Below, piece after piece: positions 13,901 through 29,773 of a stretch of DNA of 64,000 bases. The stretch is from Octopus sinensis (taxonomy: Eukaryota), in assembly GCF_006345805.1 (NCBI RefSeq), contig NC_043012.1, forward strand, positions 23,436,001 through 23,500,000, given 5' to 3'. The first letter of the stretch is position 1, and every line of letters starts with the position of its first letter. The translations under genes and the position numbers were made by a program. The notes beneath the pieces were generated by a model. It searched no databases and was not told the DNA's origin. It saw only the letters and a list, made by a program, of their open reading frames with translations.

Positions 13901-15052
13901 TAGAGAACAAACATCAAACTTGGGCCAACAAATTGTCTCTGCCTCAGCTTCACTTGAACACTTCGTTTTGCAGTCCTACATGTCTGTGTCTTTTACTTTC
14001 TTTCCATACAGAGAAAGGAAAATTATTTCTTGGTATATGTATATATATATATATATAGATATATATATATATATAGCTGTGTGTATTTTTCCCATGTTTA
14101 CAATTAACATGGAAAAAATAGATAAATAGTTATAAGGGGAGCAAAAAATCACACAAGAAAAAGGGCATAACTCCTTGTTTTTTAAAGGTAGAAACTCCAG
14201 GTTTACATGAAATATTTTGCATAATATATATTAATAAATAAATGGAGTTAAACGTTATTCAGATTCTTTTACTTTCGATACATCTCGAAGATATCATTGG
14301 TATTATTCCAAAGGAATAGAATGGTGTAAAACAATGTAATCTTCTCTTCAGGGAAATGAAGAAATTAAACTCATCAATATGACATTTTAACAGAATATGA
14401 TGGATATGTATAGTGATGAAGAAAACGCTAGTAAATTTAAAAAAAAAAAACGTTAGAGGATATAACGGCAAAGGTAGCCTATAGAAAGAGGAGAGGTAAA
14501 GAAAATATCAGAAACCAAATAAATAAGAAGTATATAATGATATGTAAATTAAACAAAAAACCCTAAAGTCTTGGAAAAAGATATATTTAGTGAATGTAAG
14601 AAGAAAATTAATGCTTAAATTATATATAATGAAAGATATAACTTATATGAACTAGAGGTGTGTTTCTGCCAATGTTTACATCATATGCATGCTCTATAAC
14701 CATGTTTACAAGAGGATTTTTTGAAAAAATAATAAAAAATAGTTCAGAATTACAGAGAAGACAGAATTCCTTGCCTTTATCATAAGGGATCGAAATTAAG
14801 AGAATCAACCAAGCTAAATTAAATTGTTTATTATGATCTTTTAGATACCAAATTAATTTACTAAGCCCTGTACTGTTACATTTATTCCTATCCCTAAATG
14901 TAGAGTAATGATTAGAAATTCTTTTAGATAACTAAGAGGAACTGCTTATATAAAAAAAAAGAAGTAATTTTACACTGGTATATAGAATTTTTAATTTAAG
15001 ACTTACTTGACATAAACTTCATTCTGTTGTAATTGACTTCAGATACAATAAC

Positions 15053-15917
15053 CAGGGTGTGAAAGGTAAATTGCCAACATTTTATACTTTTAATTTTGCG
15101 CATGTGCATTGTTTGTTTTTGATTTTGTTGACTACACAGTAGAGTAGGGTCAGCTGTGCACCGTCTCCGACAAAAACAGCATCATGAGGCATTTGACTCT
15201 GCCAGAAATTTGGAAACGGCATGCTGTACTGCTTGGTATTCACATCAGAAGCTCTAACACAACAGATGGTGAACACACAGAACAACCATTGGCTTGTCAT
15301 GTCCCCAAAACATGTACCAAAAGTGATAAAAATCAAACAGCCAGTCAACATCATGCTGTTTGGAGTGATCACTAGTGATGGTGCATTATGCTTCCATTCA
15401 TCTTCTCACATGGCCTCAGACTCAACATGGAGGTCTACATCAAGTGCCTGGAGGAGGCAGTGCTGGCCTGGATCAGAGGGTGGCTGCTGGAAGACCCTAT
15501 GTTTGGCAACAAGACTCTGCACCATGCCACACAAACAGGAGAATCGAGTCATGGCACACAAACAGGAGAACCATATCACTCCTAATATCTGGCCACCTAA
15601 CACCCCAGACTGCAAACCTTAATTATGTGTGGGTCACAGTTGAATGAGAGACCAACAAAACTCCTTGTAGCACCAAAGATGAACAGAAGGCAAGAATTTA
15701 TGGCAGCATTCACCAATTTAAACAAGGAGCCCATTCAGAAGAGTTGGAGGAGATTTCAAAGTTGTCTGGAGGTGATGATTGAAGCTGATGGCAATTTTAA
15801 TGAATACATTTACTCTTTAGTATTTCAAGATATTTTTATGTAATTTTGGTAAATATAGCTGTTTAAATGAGATGTCAGTGGTATTTTCATTTAGACAGCA
15901 GTTTATTCACTGCACCC

Positions 15918-15919
<2 letters not shown>
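15053..15919 (+). mobile_element. Decayed, internally deleted Tc1/mariner transposon (maT/DD37D-like)
   Basis: Across three frames: PVNIMLFGVITSDG / MLPFIFSHGLRLNMEVYIKCLEEAVLAWI / VAAGRPYVWQQDSAPCHT / NIWPPNTPDCKP / AAFTNLNKEPIQKSWRRFQSCLEVMIEADG. Ends CAGGGTG...CACCCTG followed by TA. Confidence 0.85.
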
Positions 15920-15948
<29 letters not shown>

Positions 15949-16668
15949 TATAAATATATATACTTATATATACATATATATACATATTTATACATATATA
16001 TATATATATACATGTATACATACATACATACAAATATACATACATATTATATATATATATATACATACATATATTCATACATATATATATATATACATAC
16101 ATATATACATACATATACATACATATATATATATATACATATATATACATGCATATATATACATACATATATATATACATATATATACACATATATATAC
16201 ATACATCATCATCATCATCATCATCATATATATACATACCCATATATATATATACACCCATATATATATACACATATATATATATATACATACATATATA
16301 TATACACATATAATACATACATATATATATATACACACACATATATATACACACATATATACATACATATATATATATACACATATATACATACATATAT
16401 ATATATATATACATATATACATACATATATATATATATACATATATACATACATATATATATATATAGATATACACACATATATATACATACATATATAT
16501 ATACACATATATACATACATATATATATATATAGATATACACACATATATTACATACATATATATATATATAGATATACACACATATATATACATACATA
16601 TATATATATATATGTAATATATACACACATATATACGTACATATATATATACACACACATATATATAC

Positions 16669-16726
<58 letters not shown>

Positions 16727-16778
16727 ATATATATTATATTATATATATATACACACACACATATATATATATATATAG

Positions 16779-16809
<31 letters not shown>

Positions 16810-16848
16810 TATATATTATATATATATATATATAACACACACACACAT

Positions 16849-16909
<61 letters not shown>

Positions 16910-17119
16910 AATATCATATTGATTTTGTATCTGTATTGTAAGATTCTTTACGTGAATTTGAGTGTTGAAACAAATCTTGTTGAGTCTAGGGAAAGTCATT
17001 ATACCAATATGGCTTCCCCTAGACAACACACGCACTGTTTCTTTCAATGTGTCTGATTCTATGAAATAGTGATTGTGTTAATATTGGCATAATGACTCCC
17101 TCTAGACATAGTAGCACAA

Positions 17120-17187
<68 letters not shown>

Positions 17188-19669
17188 TTTTATTAAACTG
17201 TATTATAGTGTTTATTATTATAATGAAAGCATATTTGTTATGGATATGAAAAGAAAATTTAGAAAAAAAATATTTAGAAATGTTTGTTTCTTCTTTTAAT
17301 TTGGGTTGCATTAGATGATATATAATGAAGCTAACTAATAAAGCTGTAAAAAAAGAAAAATGGAAAAGAAAATATTTGTAATCTTAAATGTATTAAGTTA
17401 GTGAAGAAATTGTCTTAACAGGGGATACATATCATGAAGAATTAAAAAAATACACGTATATCCATTATCTTCAGTAGTAAAGAAGTGAATCTGATTGTTT
17501 TCTCAAAGTTTTCCCTTTAGAGAATTGTATAAAAGTATAAAGAGGAAATATATTGGTAGAATCCAGGTGGTTTTAAAAAGAGCTTCTTGGTAGAGTGGCT
17601 GAATGAATGAGGAGAAAAAAAAGAAAAAGAAAAATTAGAAAAAGAAATTATACCAAAAACCTTGAACATAAGTGAAAAATCTTTTAAAGAATTCCAGTGC
17701 TGTAAATAAGTAGTTCTTTGATCAACTTTGCTACAAGGTATGCAAAACCAAAACCAAGATGGTTAGCTCAAGGAAATCATCCTAGGATAACTTTAATAGA
17801 AATAGAATTGCAAATGTCATTATAACAAGACAGCTGTCTTCAACAAGACAAAAGAATGTTTTATAGAATCAGACGCACTGAAAGAAACTGGTGAATATTA
17901 AGTGAAATGGTTCATGGGTCAGCAGCCATGTTAGGTAATGTAGACTCATGTCCGCCCAGGACCTTCCCAACTGCTAAAACATTATGCCTGCTAGCAACTT
18001 GGATTTCTTTTGATCATTTGCAAACACTTGGCAGAAGAGAATGGCATTCAACTTGATTTGAGAGTTGAGCTCAATTAAAAGAACTCAATTGTCTTTTAGG
18101 AGACAAAAAACCTAGACAGACTGTAGGAAAGTAAAGAATGAAAAGAGATGTGGAATCAAAAGTTGGCTACTTGAACTAATACAATTCCAAAAGGTGTCTT
18201 ACGAATAAAATAAAAAATCAAATTGAAACTGAAGAACAAAATGAATAACAGTAGTTAAGACAAAACTTATCACAGAACAGCTCCAATCTTAGATTTTACA
18301 CATTCAAACTTTAAACTAATTCATAGAAATATACGTTAGCCATAATATTCAGCTACATAATATTAAAGAATACTCTATTCTTATGAAGATACAGTTATAG
18401 TTTTTGTTTTCTTTAATTTTTCATTTTAAAATTAACATATTCTAAACTTTTATTTTCCTTTTAATAGATTAGAATTTTTTTTATTTTTAGTTTTTATTTC
18501 AGAAATTACAATCTTGTATCATAATAAAAAAACTACAGGTATATTGAATTGAAAACTAAAACTGAGAAGGGATAAAAAGAAGTGAATATATTAAAAGGAA
18601 ACCCCTGGAGATTAAGAAGAGCCCAACAAACTAGTTTTGTTGTTGATCAAAGTATGTTGAAGCTGGTCAAATCAAGGACCTACAAAATAAAGCTTTATCT
18701 TATTGTGGTGGCCCTTCTATATTTATTTGTGGATAAAAAAAATACAGACAAGAAAATAAAATAGATTTATAAATAATACTAGCTGCAAACAAGATTGACC
18801 AATATCCAAAAAGTCTAAAGTTGGCAAAGCAGGTCATGGTTTAATATGGAGTCAACCTAATTGGATTTGTCAAATAGTTCAGTGGGTGATTGACAGGTCA
18901 ATCAATTAAGGTTAAATTGAAAAAGCAAAGAAATATAGTCAAAGGAAACTATATTCAGAGACTTGTAATTAATGATGATGATGATGAAAGACCAGGAAGA
19001 TTATGATGATGATGATGGCAAGAACAACGATGATGAAATCATTTAGAAGATGTAGTTAGGATGATTGCTAGGCAACAAAGAAAAATAATGCCTGATGGTC
19101 TTGTTTTGTTTGGTTTGGCTTTGTTTCAACTGGAAATTATTAGGGGGTGGGTAAAAAAAAAAGAGCATACATGATCACCGGTTTTTACATTGATAGCAGA
19201 GAAAAAAGAATTGAAGTATTTGTTTTGAAATAATGTTGAATATTTCTTGATAGAAGAAAACAAGAAAAACAACCCCAAAATTACAGAAAAATAAATATTT
19301 TAAACTAACTGAAATTCAAATTATTCCTCGATTTATTAATAAATTTGCTAAAAATTAATATTGACTGAGCAATAAAAGTGCTGGACTACCGACCTAGAGG
19401 TCATGAGTTCAAGTCCAACATGGTTGAGTTGCTAATGTTAGAAAATCTATCAATTCATTGAAAATACCTGCACATATAACTCATTTTTAATGTTAGCATT
19501 TGTAGCAGACTGCAACACATGCTAACATGGAAAAAGGTTTGTAAAAGGGATAAAAATAAATAAAACAAACAAATGAAACAGAAAACCAAAATTAAACTTG
19601 TTTTCTTTTTTGGTTCTACAGCATTTCTGATTAGGTTGAATATGGTTTATGAATAACGCATGCACACAT

Positions 19670-19709
<40 letters not shown>

Positions 19710-20357
19710 GCACATTTTGTCTTAGAAAAATAATTACATAAAATATTGATTAAATTTTTATCTATAGGTGAGTGAAAGCATATTTCTTGTTCAAATTAAT
19801 TTGTTACTGATGCTAGCCAAGAAGTACAAATCTAAAGCTGATTAAATCACTCGTTAAGTTTATTATAGTCTAATTTTCTGTAAGTTCACAACATTCCCTT
19901 GACATAAACCAAATTCAGATATAGTAGATTTGAAGTTTCATCTTTGGAATATATTTACTCATTTGCACCAAAATTATGAAACACAAAACAAGAAGAAAAA
20001 AAAAAGTTTTTTTTTTTTTCCACATATCCTTTTCAATTTATTTTGTAAAGATAAAATTCTTAGAGTTAAGAAAGTTGTTGAGATTTTAATTGAAAATGAA
20101 ATATCCTTCCATTATTTTAGCAAAAAAAAAAGTAAAAACAAATTAAAACAAAGAACAAACAAAAACAAAACAAATTAGTGATATAAGTTCAAAAAATATT
20201 AGATATATATGCACATGCATATAAAGACATGTACATAGGCACACACACATATATATGGGTGTGTATATATACATACACACACACATATATATATATATGT
20301 ATATATTTATATATATATTTATATATATATGTATATATACACACACATATATATACT

Positions 20358-20392
<35 letters not shown>

Positions 20393-20395
20393 GTA

Positions 20396-20442
<47 letters not shown>

Positions 20443-21910
20443 TGGGTACATATGTTTAAAGTGTGGATTTTAAATAATACTTGAAAGTGAAACTAGAGAG
20501 GGTAATCAACAGACACTCACCTCCCAGGCAGTGACACATTCAATACAGCCACACTATAGTTACTACTCAGATACTATTCAAAGAAGCCTAGTTTTGGGCC
20601 TATACCAGATATTAATTTATATTTTGATTCTTTTTTTTGTTTTGTTTTTTTTGTTTTCCCAATATGGCTTTTGTATAGGGAAGGGTATTTGCAGGTTATG
20701 TTTGCTGGCTTTTACTTTACTATTCCTCCCTTTGGACAGAAGTGACCATCATTGAATTTGCTTTGGCTATTTAAGAAATTTTGCTTTTAGACAAAGATGT
20801 GGCTACATGGTAAGAAGTTTCCTTCCCAATCACATAGTTCTGGGTTCACTCGCACCGTGTGGCACCTTGGATTAGTGTCTTGTAATATAGCCCCAGGCTG
20901 ACTAAAGCCTTCCAAGTGGATTTGGTGAATGAAAGCTGTATAGAAGCTTGTCATGTGTGAGTGTGTGTGCATATATATATATAGGTGTGTGTGTGGGTAT
21001 ATATATATATACATACATATATGTGTGTGTGTGTGTGTGTGTGCAATTTTGGTTTGTTTATGTCTTATTAACTTGGTGGTTCATAAAAAAAGCCTTACAG
21101 AATAAGAAACAAGCTTTAAAATAAAAACAAAAAAATATGGAGTCTGTATGCTACAGTCCATAGAGTGAAACATGTAAAAATATACAAAATTAATTCAGAC
21201 AAAAACACACACACAAATATATTTTGGGTTCAATTCCAACGTGCTGTGTGTTGAGCATCTTCTACAACTCTAAATTGACCGATGCTTTGTGGTAAATTGG
21301 GACATAGAATTTTTAACCCAATGAATCGATCCTCATATTTACCACTTTTTTTAAAACCGGGTACATAAATAGTGCCGCCTTGACTGGCTTCCATGCCAGT
21401 GGCATGTAAAAAGCACCATCCGATAGTGGCAGATGCCAACTCCTCTGGCCCCTGTGCCGGCGGCATGTAAAAAGCACCCACTACACTCTCGGAGTGGTTG
21501 GCATTAGGAAGGGCATCCAGCTGTAGAAACACTGCTAGATCAGACAGGAGCCTGGTGCAGCTTCTTGGCTTCCCAGACCCCAGTCAAACTGTTCAACACA
21601 TGCCAGCATGGAAAACGGAAATTAAATGATGATGATGATGATATATATATATACACACACACATACATACGATGGGTTCTTTCTGTTTCTACCTACCAAA
21701 TCCACTCACAAGACTTTGGTTGAGTGAAGGCTATAGTAGAAGATACCTACCCAATATGCCACAAAGCAATTTAAGAAACAATAATCAAAAATGGTGTATC
21801 AGTTCAAATATGAGAAAAATCCAGCATCTTTAAACTTTGTAAAGAATCAACAACTTAAGCCTGAAAATATGGTGGGATACAAAAAAGAAAAAAAAAGTAT
21901 ATACAACATA

Positions 21911-22308
21911 GGCGCAGGAGTGGCTGTGTGGTAAGTAGCTTGCTTATGAACTACATGGTTCCGGGTTCAGTCCCACTGCGTGGCATCTTGGGCAAGTGTC
22001 TTCTACTATAGCCTCGGGCCGACCAAAGCCTTGTGAGTGGATTTGGTAGACAGAAACTGAAAGAAGCCTGTCGTATGTATATATATATATGTATGTTTGT
22101 GTGTCTGTGTTTGTCCCCCTAGCATTGCTTGACAACCGATGCTGGTGTGTTTACGTCCCCGTCACTTAGCGGTTCGGCAAAAAGAGACTGATAGAATAAG
22201 TACTGGGCTTACAAAGAATAAGTCCCGGGGTCGATTTCCTCGACTAAAGGCGGTGCTCCAGCATGGCCGCAGTCAAATGACTGAAACAAGTAAAAGTAAA
22301 GTAAAGTA
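21911..22308 (+). mobile_element. SINE family A, full-length
   Basis: Same head, body and tail as the 7527 copy. Confidence 0.9.
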
Positions 22309-22542
22309 ACTCTTGTAATGATAAGTAAAATTCTATTCAGGCAAATTAATAAATTTGATAGAAAAAAGAAAAAAACTTCATATTAACAATAATAAATAAG
22401 TGAGGACCAAACATTTATTGGTTTAAAAAACCTGGGAAAATTTCTGATACTAGGAGGTAGCTAGCTTAATTTTGTACAAAGGTGGAGAGAGAAATTAGAA
22501 GGAAAATAACATATAGTTCATAGTGTAGAATTTATTCTGTAA

Positions 22543-22584
<42 letters not shown>

Positions 22585-24360
22585 CCTGGTCAGTCACAGT
22601 GATATATATATATATATATATAGATATATATATATATATACTGGATAATACTGCTTATCTAACTTCAATACAAAATGGCTTAATAAACTCAACTGAATAG
22701 GGGTTTTTAGAGGACTCAGGCACAAAAATCAAAGCAAAAATGATTGACTCAGTTATGTACGTGATGTTCATTTAATAAGCACTGAGTAATTGATAGATAG
22801 AATATAAAAAAAAAAGCTAAAAAAAGCTGCATAAAATAATTGAACCTGCTTTCAATTTTTCATATTCTCACAACTTAACAACGAGAACTCATGTTTGATA
22901 TAGAGATCAAAACTGCATATCAATGATATTACAAGCAAGACGGACACACAGCAGTAATTATAGGATGTTTAGCATTTGAATAACAGATGATTTTAACACC
23001 AACTTGTTATTGGTGTAAAATTCATCTTTGTTATTCCTCTTTTAAAGTAACTTTTTCTTTGATTAACAGAGGAGAAAAAAAAGAACAATAACATTTTTTT
23101 TTTTTTTAATTATTAAAAGAAATTCCAATATAATCAATTATAACATTTTTGAAATCAAATAAAAAAAAAAAAATATTTCAAAAAAATACTTTTTGGCATT
23201 CTTTAATGACATGCTTTGAGAGGAAATGAAAAAAAAGCAACAATCATATAAATATGGTTTTGTTTTCAGGTACATTTACATAAATACCGAGTACTGGAAC
23301 AATTATTCGTAATTCTCTGTATTTACAGCTATATATTTATTTATACCAGATTTCATAGCCATTTAGATAGAAAATGTTACCAATACTAGCTGAAATATGT
23401 TAGGTCTTACTTCAAAGTGCATTAAAATATATAATTAAATAAATGTGCACAAGAAATAACTCTAAAACAATCAAAACAATAGAAAAAATATTTCTGTTGC
23501 TTATTACATCTGGTTTAGCTGTGTTGATGGAGTTCCTACAACAAGATTATTATAGTTGCTACTTTAGCTATTTGAAAAGGATAACCATTGGAGAAGATTG
23601 TTTATAGTATAGGATAGCTATGTGCAGTAAGCAATGATTGGCTAAGATCATTGTGTCTCCTAATATAGTTATATTTGATATGAAATGCAGCCAGATATAT
23701 GAAGAAGATAGCCATTAGTACATTTTCAACTAAAATTATTCAAAGGAAGACACTGGTTTAAATTGGTATCTTGTAATAAGTTCAAATAAAATGACATGTT
23801 GTGGCCATTAGGTTAACAAGGTAAGTCTTTGGCTGACAGAAATTTGGCAAATCATATCTAAGAAATGGAGGTAACTACAAGCAAAGCAGACAAGGTGAAA
23901 TGAGTCAAATGAATCATTTCAAAATACTAGTAGTCTCACTAGGAAGCTTGAAAGATTTTACCAAATTCATTTTCAGATTTAAATGGACAAAAAAGAAGCC
24001 ATTAAAAAAATAGGGATAAAAATAGCCAATGTAAATAGCCTAAAGGTTAAATTATCAGTTGAGTTGCATAAAGAAGCAGTTTGTACTCTGTCCTAACAAC
24101 AACCTCACAAGAAATTGGTCATCTTCCAAAAGAAGTTTATCTAAGAATTAGTCAGTTCACCATTAGCATTTCTCCTTTAATCTTTTGAACTTGAGACTGT
24201 TTTGTATTACCTCATGAGCTCTAGCTTAGCATTTCTTCAATACCATTTAGTTGTGTCATCTGTTCAAAAATCCTTCACAGATTCTTCTTTTTAAATATTA
24301 CCTGTCACATCAAAACATAGCATCAGCATGTCTACTATTCTGTTTATTATTCCAGTTTTC

Positions 24361-24778
24361 GGATCTTTTCGGTTTGAACGGCAGATTTTTCTAGCGGTGT
24401 CAAATAAAATTGTCACCCATAATTATGACCCTAGTATCGATCTATTGCATTTCAATCTGTTTTAGGGTTAGGGTTAGGGGTGGGGGGAAGGGTATCTTTT
24501 TTTTCTTCAGAAATGTAAATAAACCCAATCTGTTTCTTAAACGAGGGACATATTCATACAGCAAGAATGTTTTTTACCTCAATAGACGTAATTGATTGGT
24601 TGAAATTGCAGAAGTTGAAGAAAAAACAACAACACATATCTTACAAACTATAGAATTTTTTCAATAAAGCCAAGAGAAAAAGATGTTTTATAAACACATT
24701 CTACCAGTATACGAAGTTTAAAGATTTTTAGTTACCTACAAATTATGTTAAAAACTGCTGTTCAAACCGAAAAGATCC
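24361..24778. mobile_element. 418-bp MITE with about 28-bp TIRs, 7-bp TSD and internal (TTAGGG)3
   Basis: Left GGATCTTTTCGGTTTGAACGGCAG; right end is its reverse complement (CTGCTGTTCAAACCGAAAAGATCC, one mismatch). AGTTTTC is duplicated at 24354-24360 and 24779-24785. Confidence 0.9.
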
Positions 24779-27439
24779 AGTTTTCTTTGTCAGCCATTTT
24801 ATTAGACATGAACAAGTAATGGCTTTTGAAAATCAATGGAGCAAGAAATGGAATTTAATTGTCCTATAAAATGAAATTGTAGGTCCATATTTACATTACT
24901 CATAATCATTTATGCAGCATTAGTAGAAATAAAAAGTATATTAGTAACAGAGATTTATTTTTTTTTAACAAAGCTTGAAATTATGTAGTGAGGGTGTTAG
25001 TTAATTACATCGACCCCAGTGCACAACTGGTACTTATTTTTATTGACCCCCAAAAGGGTAAAGAACAAAATCAACTTTGGCAGAATTTGAAGTCAGGATG
25101 TAAAGATGTAGAAGAAAGACCACTAAATATTTTGGCCGAAGTGTTTTTGTCAGCTTGCCGCCTCGTTAAAGGGACTAATTATAAAATGATGCTGTTAAGT
25201 GACAGAGTTATTCTCAGCTGTAGAACTTCTGTGTGCATTTATCATCTCTCTCTGCAGATAATATTTTCTAAGATGTTGTATCAGGAAAATGCCTTACGAA
25301 ATTGGTTCAAATAAAGTGTTGTTATATTCATTATGTAAGACATGAAGAAAAAAAAGTCAAAGAGGTTAACTTTATTTTCACAGGAGAGAATTAAAATGCT
25401 AAGAAAAAAAAAAAGACATAATAAACAGCCACAGCAGTGTATTGGGAATGAGACCGGAATTTCACCAATCTGTAAACTTTTAAGGAATTTAATTAATCTA
25501 TCTTTGGGAATCAATGTCATTATATTGAATATTGAACTAGACGTAAAGAGGTGTTTATGTGAACGAGATAATTTAGGGAAAATAATTCTTCTGAAGAAAT
25601 GATAATTATAACTAATAACAGAAATGCGTATTTATATAGCTTCTTCAGAACATATGGTTTTAAAGATTGTTGAAAAAAACATTTCTTTTTTTAAGCTATG
25701 ATTGTTTTTGTTTGCACATCACCAAATGCACCCACATTTTGCAAATATAAGAAGTAACAATAGATAGAGACAGAGGAAAGAGTAGTGAAGTAATAAAAAA
25801 GAAGCAAAGAAAAATACAGAAGATAAAAAGGAATGGTAAAAAAGAGGGGAGAGGATCGGAAGAGTGAAAGAAAGTATGAAAGAGTGTTTAACGAATGAAA
25901 TAAACAACCAACAATCCTTCCATGATTTGGAGTCAAATGACCTCTGACTTGCTGCCAACATGGACCAGTACATTACCAAGTGACGGATGTGTTTTAAATA
26001 TACACTTGGCACAGAACTGGATAAAAATGTGATATAAAGTGAGAATCAGGATACAGGACTCTTGACAGATGAAGGATTAATAGAATTATCAATATTTTCA
26101 AATAATGAATCCAATTTTAGAAAGTCTGATTTGAACAGCCTTTAAGTTAAAAAAAAAAGTTTAACTGAAAGCCAATCTTTGTGCAATAATTTTAAGGAGT
26201 TTCCATGAAGGAAAAAGAAATTGTAACTATAGCGGGTTTGTTTTGTCTAAACAACATCATATAATTAATAGAGTTGTGAACAGAGTACCACACATATATA
26301 TATATAGATAAATGTGTGCGTGCGTGTGAGTGTCTGTATGCACATATTACACATGCAAATATTTCATCAATGCACTCAAAACTATATTACACTAAAAGAG
26401 AAAGTGAAAGTTGATCCTCAATTTCAGGATGCAATCCAAAATTCCTTGGTAACATGTCTGTTTCTGAAAACTACTTCATCTTAATCACAGTTACACTAAC
26501 AACAACAAAATTTAAAATTCGCTTTAATCCCATGCATCGTTTGGGTTCTAACTCTATGCCTCTCAAAATAAGCTGCAGGATTATTGCTGGTTGTACCAGC
26601 ATTGGGTGGAGACAGCAATATCTTTTTTTACGGATCCCTCTACCTCATTTTAGTCCACATGATGTTCTCTTGAACTCCTTTCATGCAGCAGCTTTTGGTG
26701 GTCTTATCCATACCAGGACCAAGCTGGTATTTGTATTTGACTCAAAAAGTCCAACGATGACTGCTTTTGATGGGACCTTATGGAAGAGGTGCCTGAGGAC
26801 TCTACTTCCACAACCCTTAGAGAAATAGTGGGTAGAGAAGATGGGTGGATCCGAATCACAACTGCACTAGCAACAACAAAAATTAAGATTCATCTTAATC
26901 ATAACTCTACTAACAACAACATTGAAAATACAGCCGATCATATCAAATTTTTATTGGTTTCTATAAAAAAAGAGTAAAAGAATGTCTCTCAACTAAAAAA
27001 ATCAACAAAAAAACCCCACTGAATTCAAAAATTTTCAATAAAAAATTTGAAGTCTTTATTACTTAATAGTTAATTTCTCTGTTTCACATGACCACCATGA
27101 CCACAACAAAATGGATTTCACTGAAGAGAACCAAATGAGAAAGAATGATGTAAAAAAACTAGAACCAACAACGAGAATTAAAATTGAAGTTCCTTACAAT
27201 AGGATTCAGTAATTACATAACGAGGTATTAATGAAATTTAATGGAGTAAATAAGATGATTAGTTTCCCTATAGATTCTAAGATTATGCATAAGAATAGTT
27301 TTTGTATCATGAATTTATCAATAAAATGTTTCTGTTAAGTTGCAGGGATGTAAACAAACCAGCCCTGATTGTCATGTGGTGATGAGACAGACAGACAGAA
27401 ACACAAAAAACCACACATGCAAATACACACACACACCAC

Positions 27440-27485
<46 letters not shown>

Positions 27486-27592
27486 AATACACATATATTT
27501 AAGCCACAATATATGGATCCAACTAATCCAGTGGTCCTCATTAAAAAAGGTCGTTATGTATCATTCTACAAAACATAAATGTGATATTAGAA

Positions 27593-27649
<57 letters not shown>

Positions 27650-27767
27650 CAACACATACAAACATATATAAATATATATATACATACATATATATACACA
27701 TATATACACATATATATACAAATATATATACACACACATATATATATACACATATATATATACATAT

Positions 27768-27799
<32 letters not shown>

Positions 27800-27872
27800 T
27801 ACACACACCCACACACACATATATATACATACATATACACACACACACATATATACATACATATACACACAG

Positions 27873-27907
<35 letters not shown>

Positions 27908-27969
27908 ACTATATAATATACATATATATATATATGGAATACCATATATACATATATATATATATGCAT

Positions 27970-28068
<99 letters not shown>

Positions 28069-28215
28069 TATATACACATATATACATATATATATACATA
28101 TACATACCTGTGACTGAAAGCAAAACCAGGAGGTTGGGAAGCAAGCTTTTTAAAAGCTCTGATTAACAAGAGGATTAATTAATAATATAATATTGCATTA
28201 AAATGATATGTAACA

Positions 28216-28253
<38 letters not shown>

Positions 28254-28801
28254 TATATATTAAATGGTAAGTAGTCTTGAACCAATCTGCTAACTATTGA
28301 AACTGGATCCTGAATTAACAGCACCATACTAATCTTACAAACTGACCTTCATTTGAAAAAGAGGTGGTGATTTATTCAACATGCTTTGAACTTACTTACA
28401 AACTAAAAGAAAACAAATCGATTAGTTTTCACATTAAAAAAATCAATTAAACCAATAGCATTGATTATTGACAAAGTTTATGAGACTAATTCTTCAAAAT
28501 CTTTTATATATCAAAATTCCTTTTCACAGATGTCGGGCACATGCTAGAGAAAATTAAATACAAATCACACCACACAGCAATCTTAATGTGTGAAGGAAAG
28601 TATAGAATTATAGCAATTTCACTCCGCTTTTTATCAATACAACTCTAACAGAAAGAGATAAGATATAAAGATAAAACAACTGTAGTATTGTGTTCTGCAA
28701 GTGGTTATACATACGAAATACGTAAATGTACACAGTTATATATGATTAGGTGCAAATGTGTATGAGAAAAAAAAGAATAATAGTGATAGCAGGTGTGTGT
28801 T

Positions 28802-28850
<49 letters not shown>

Positions 28851-29727
28851 ATGTGTGTGTGTATAAGTGCATGTGGGTATGTACATGTGAGTATATATAT
28901 ATACACATATATATATAAATATGTGTGTATTTATATGTACATATATACATAAGCACACACAAGAAAACATACTGATATATGTAAACTTATACACCCATAC
29001 ACAGACATATTTGTACATATATAAATATATGTACATATATGCATTTGTTGTGAATATATGTAAATATGTATGTGTGTTGTGTGTGTATACATATATACAC
29101 ACACACACATGTATGTATTAGAATTATGGAGACAAACACAGAGACTATACACCACACACCACACACACACATATATATATATATATATACACACACATGT
29201 ATATATTAGAATTAAAGAGACAGACACAGAGTGTATATATATATATATATACACACATACACATATATATATGTATATACACATAGATCGATAGATAGAT
29301 ATGTAGACATAGACACACAAATCTGGCATAAATACAAAAACTAGAGAAAAATAAAAACAAAAGAAAAATAAAAATAAACACTTGGCAAATAAATACAAAT
29401 AAATACATGCAGTAAATGTTCTGGCTAAGTATAATTCAGATAAAAGCATTTCATACATTATACACCCTCTCTGCAATCCTCTGTACAAACTAATGTTTTG
29501 ATAAATTAACTTATAGGACAAAATCGGACAATGATATATTACCTTCTATGTAATTAAGTATAGTTGTTTACATTCTGTACTGTTTAGGAATATCTCACTA
29601 ATATATTATGCGATATCAAAATATTATCTGATGCATTCAGTTGTATAAGGACACACACAAATTCATATATATATATATATACACAGCACATGCAACATAT
29701 GTATATAAAAAATACATATGTAACATG

Positions 29728-29773
<46 letters not shown>

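Noticed and set aside
17400-18300. Purine-rich stretch suggestive of a decayed LINE (also 23900-24100 and 40170-40450)
   Set aside because: Too degenerate to assign any motif with confidence.
26454-26977. 124-aa and 65-aa plus-strand ORFs
   Set aside because: No recognisable motif; flanked by a short duplicated AACAACAAAATT-type segment; probably decayed repeat.
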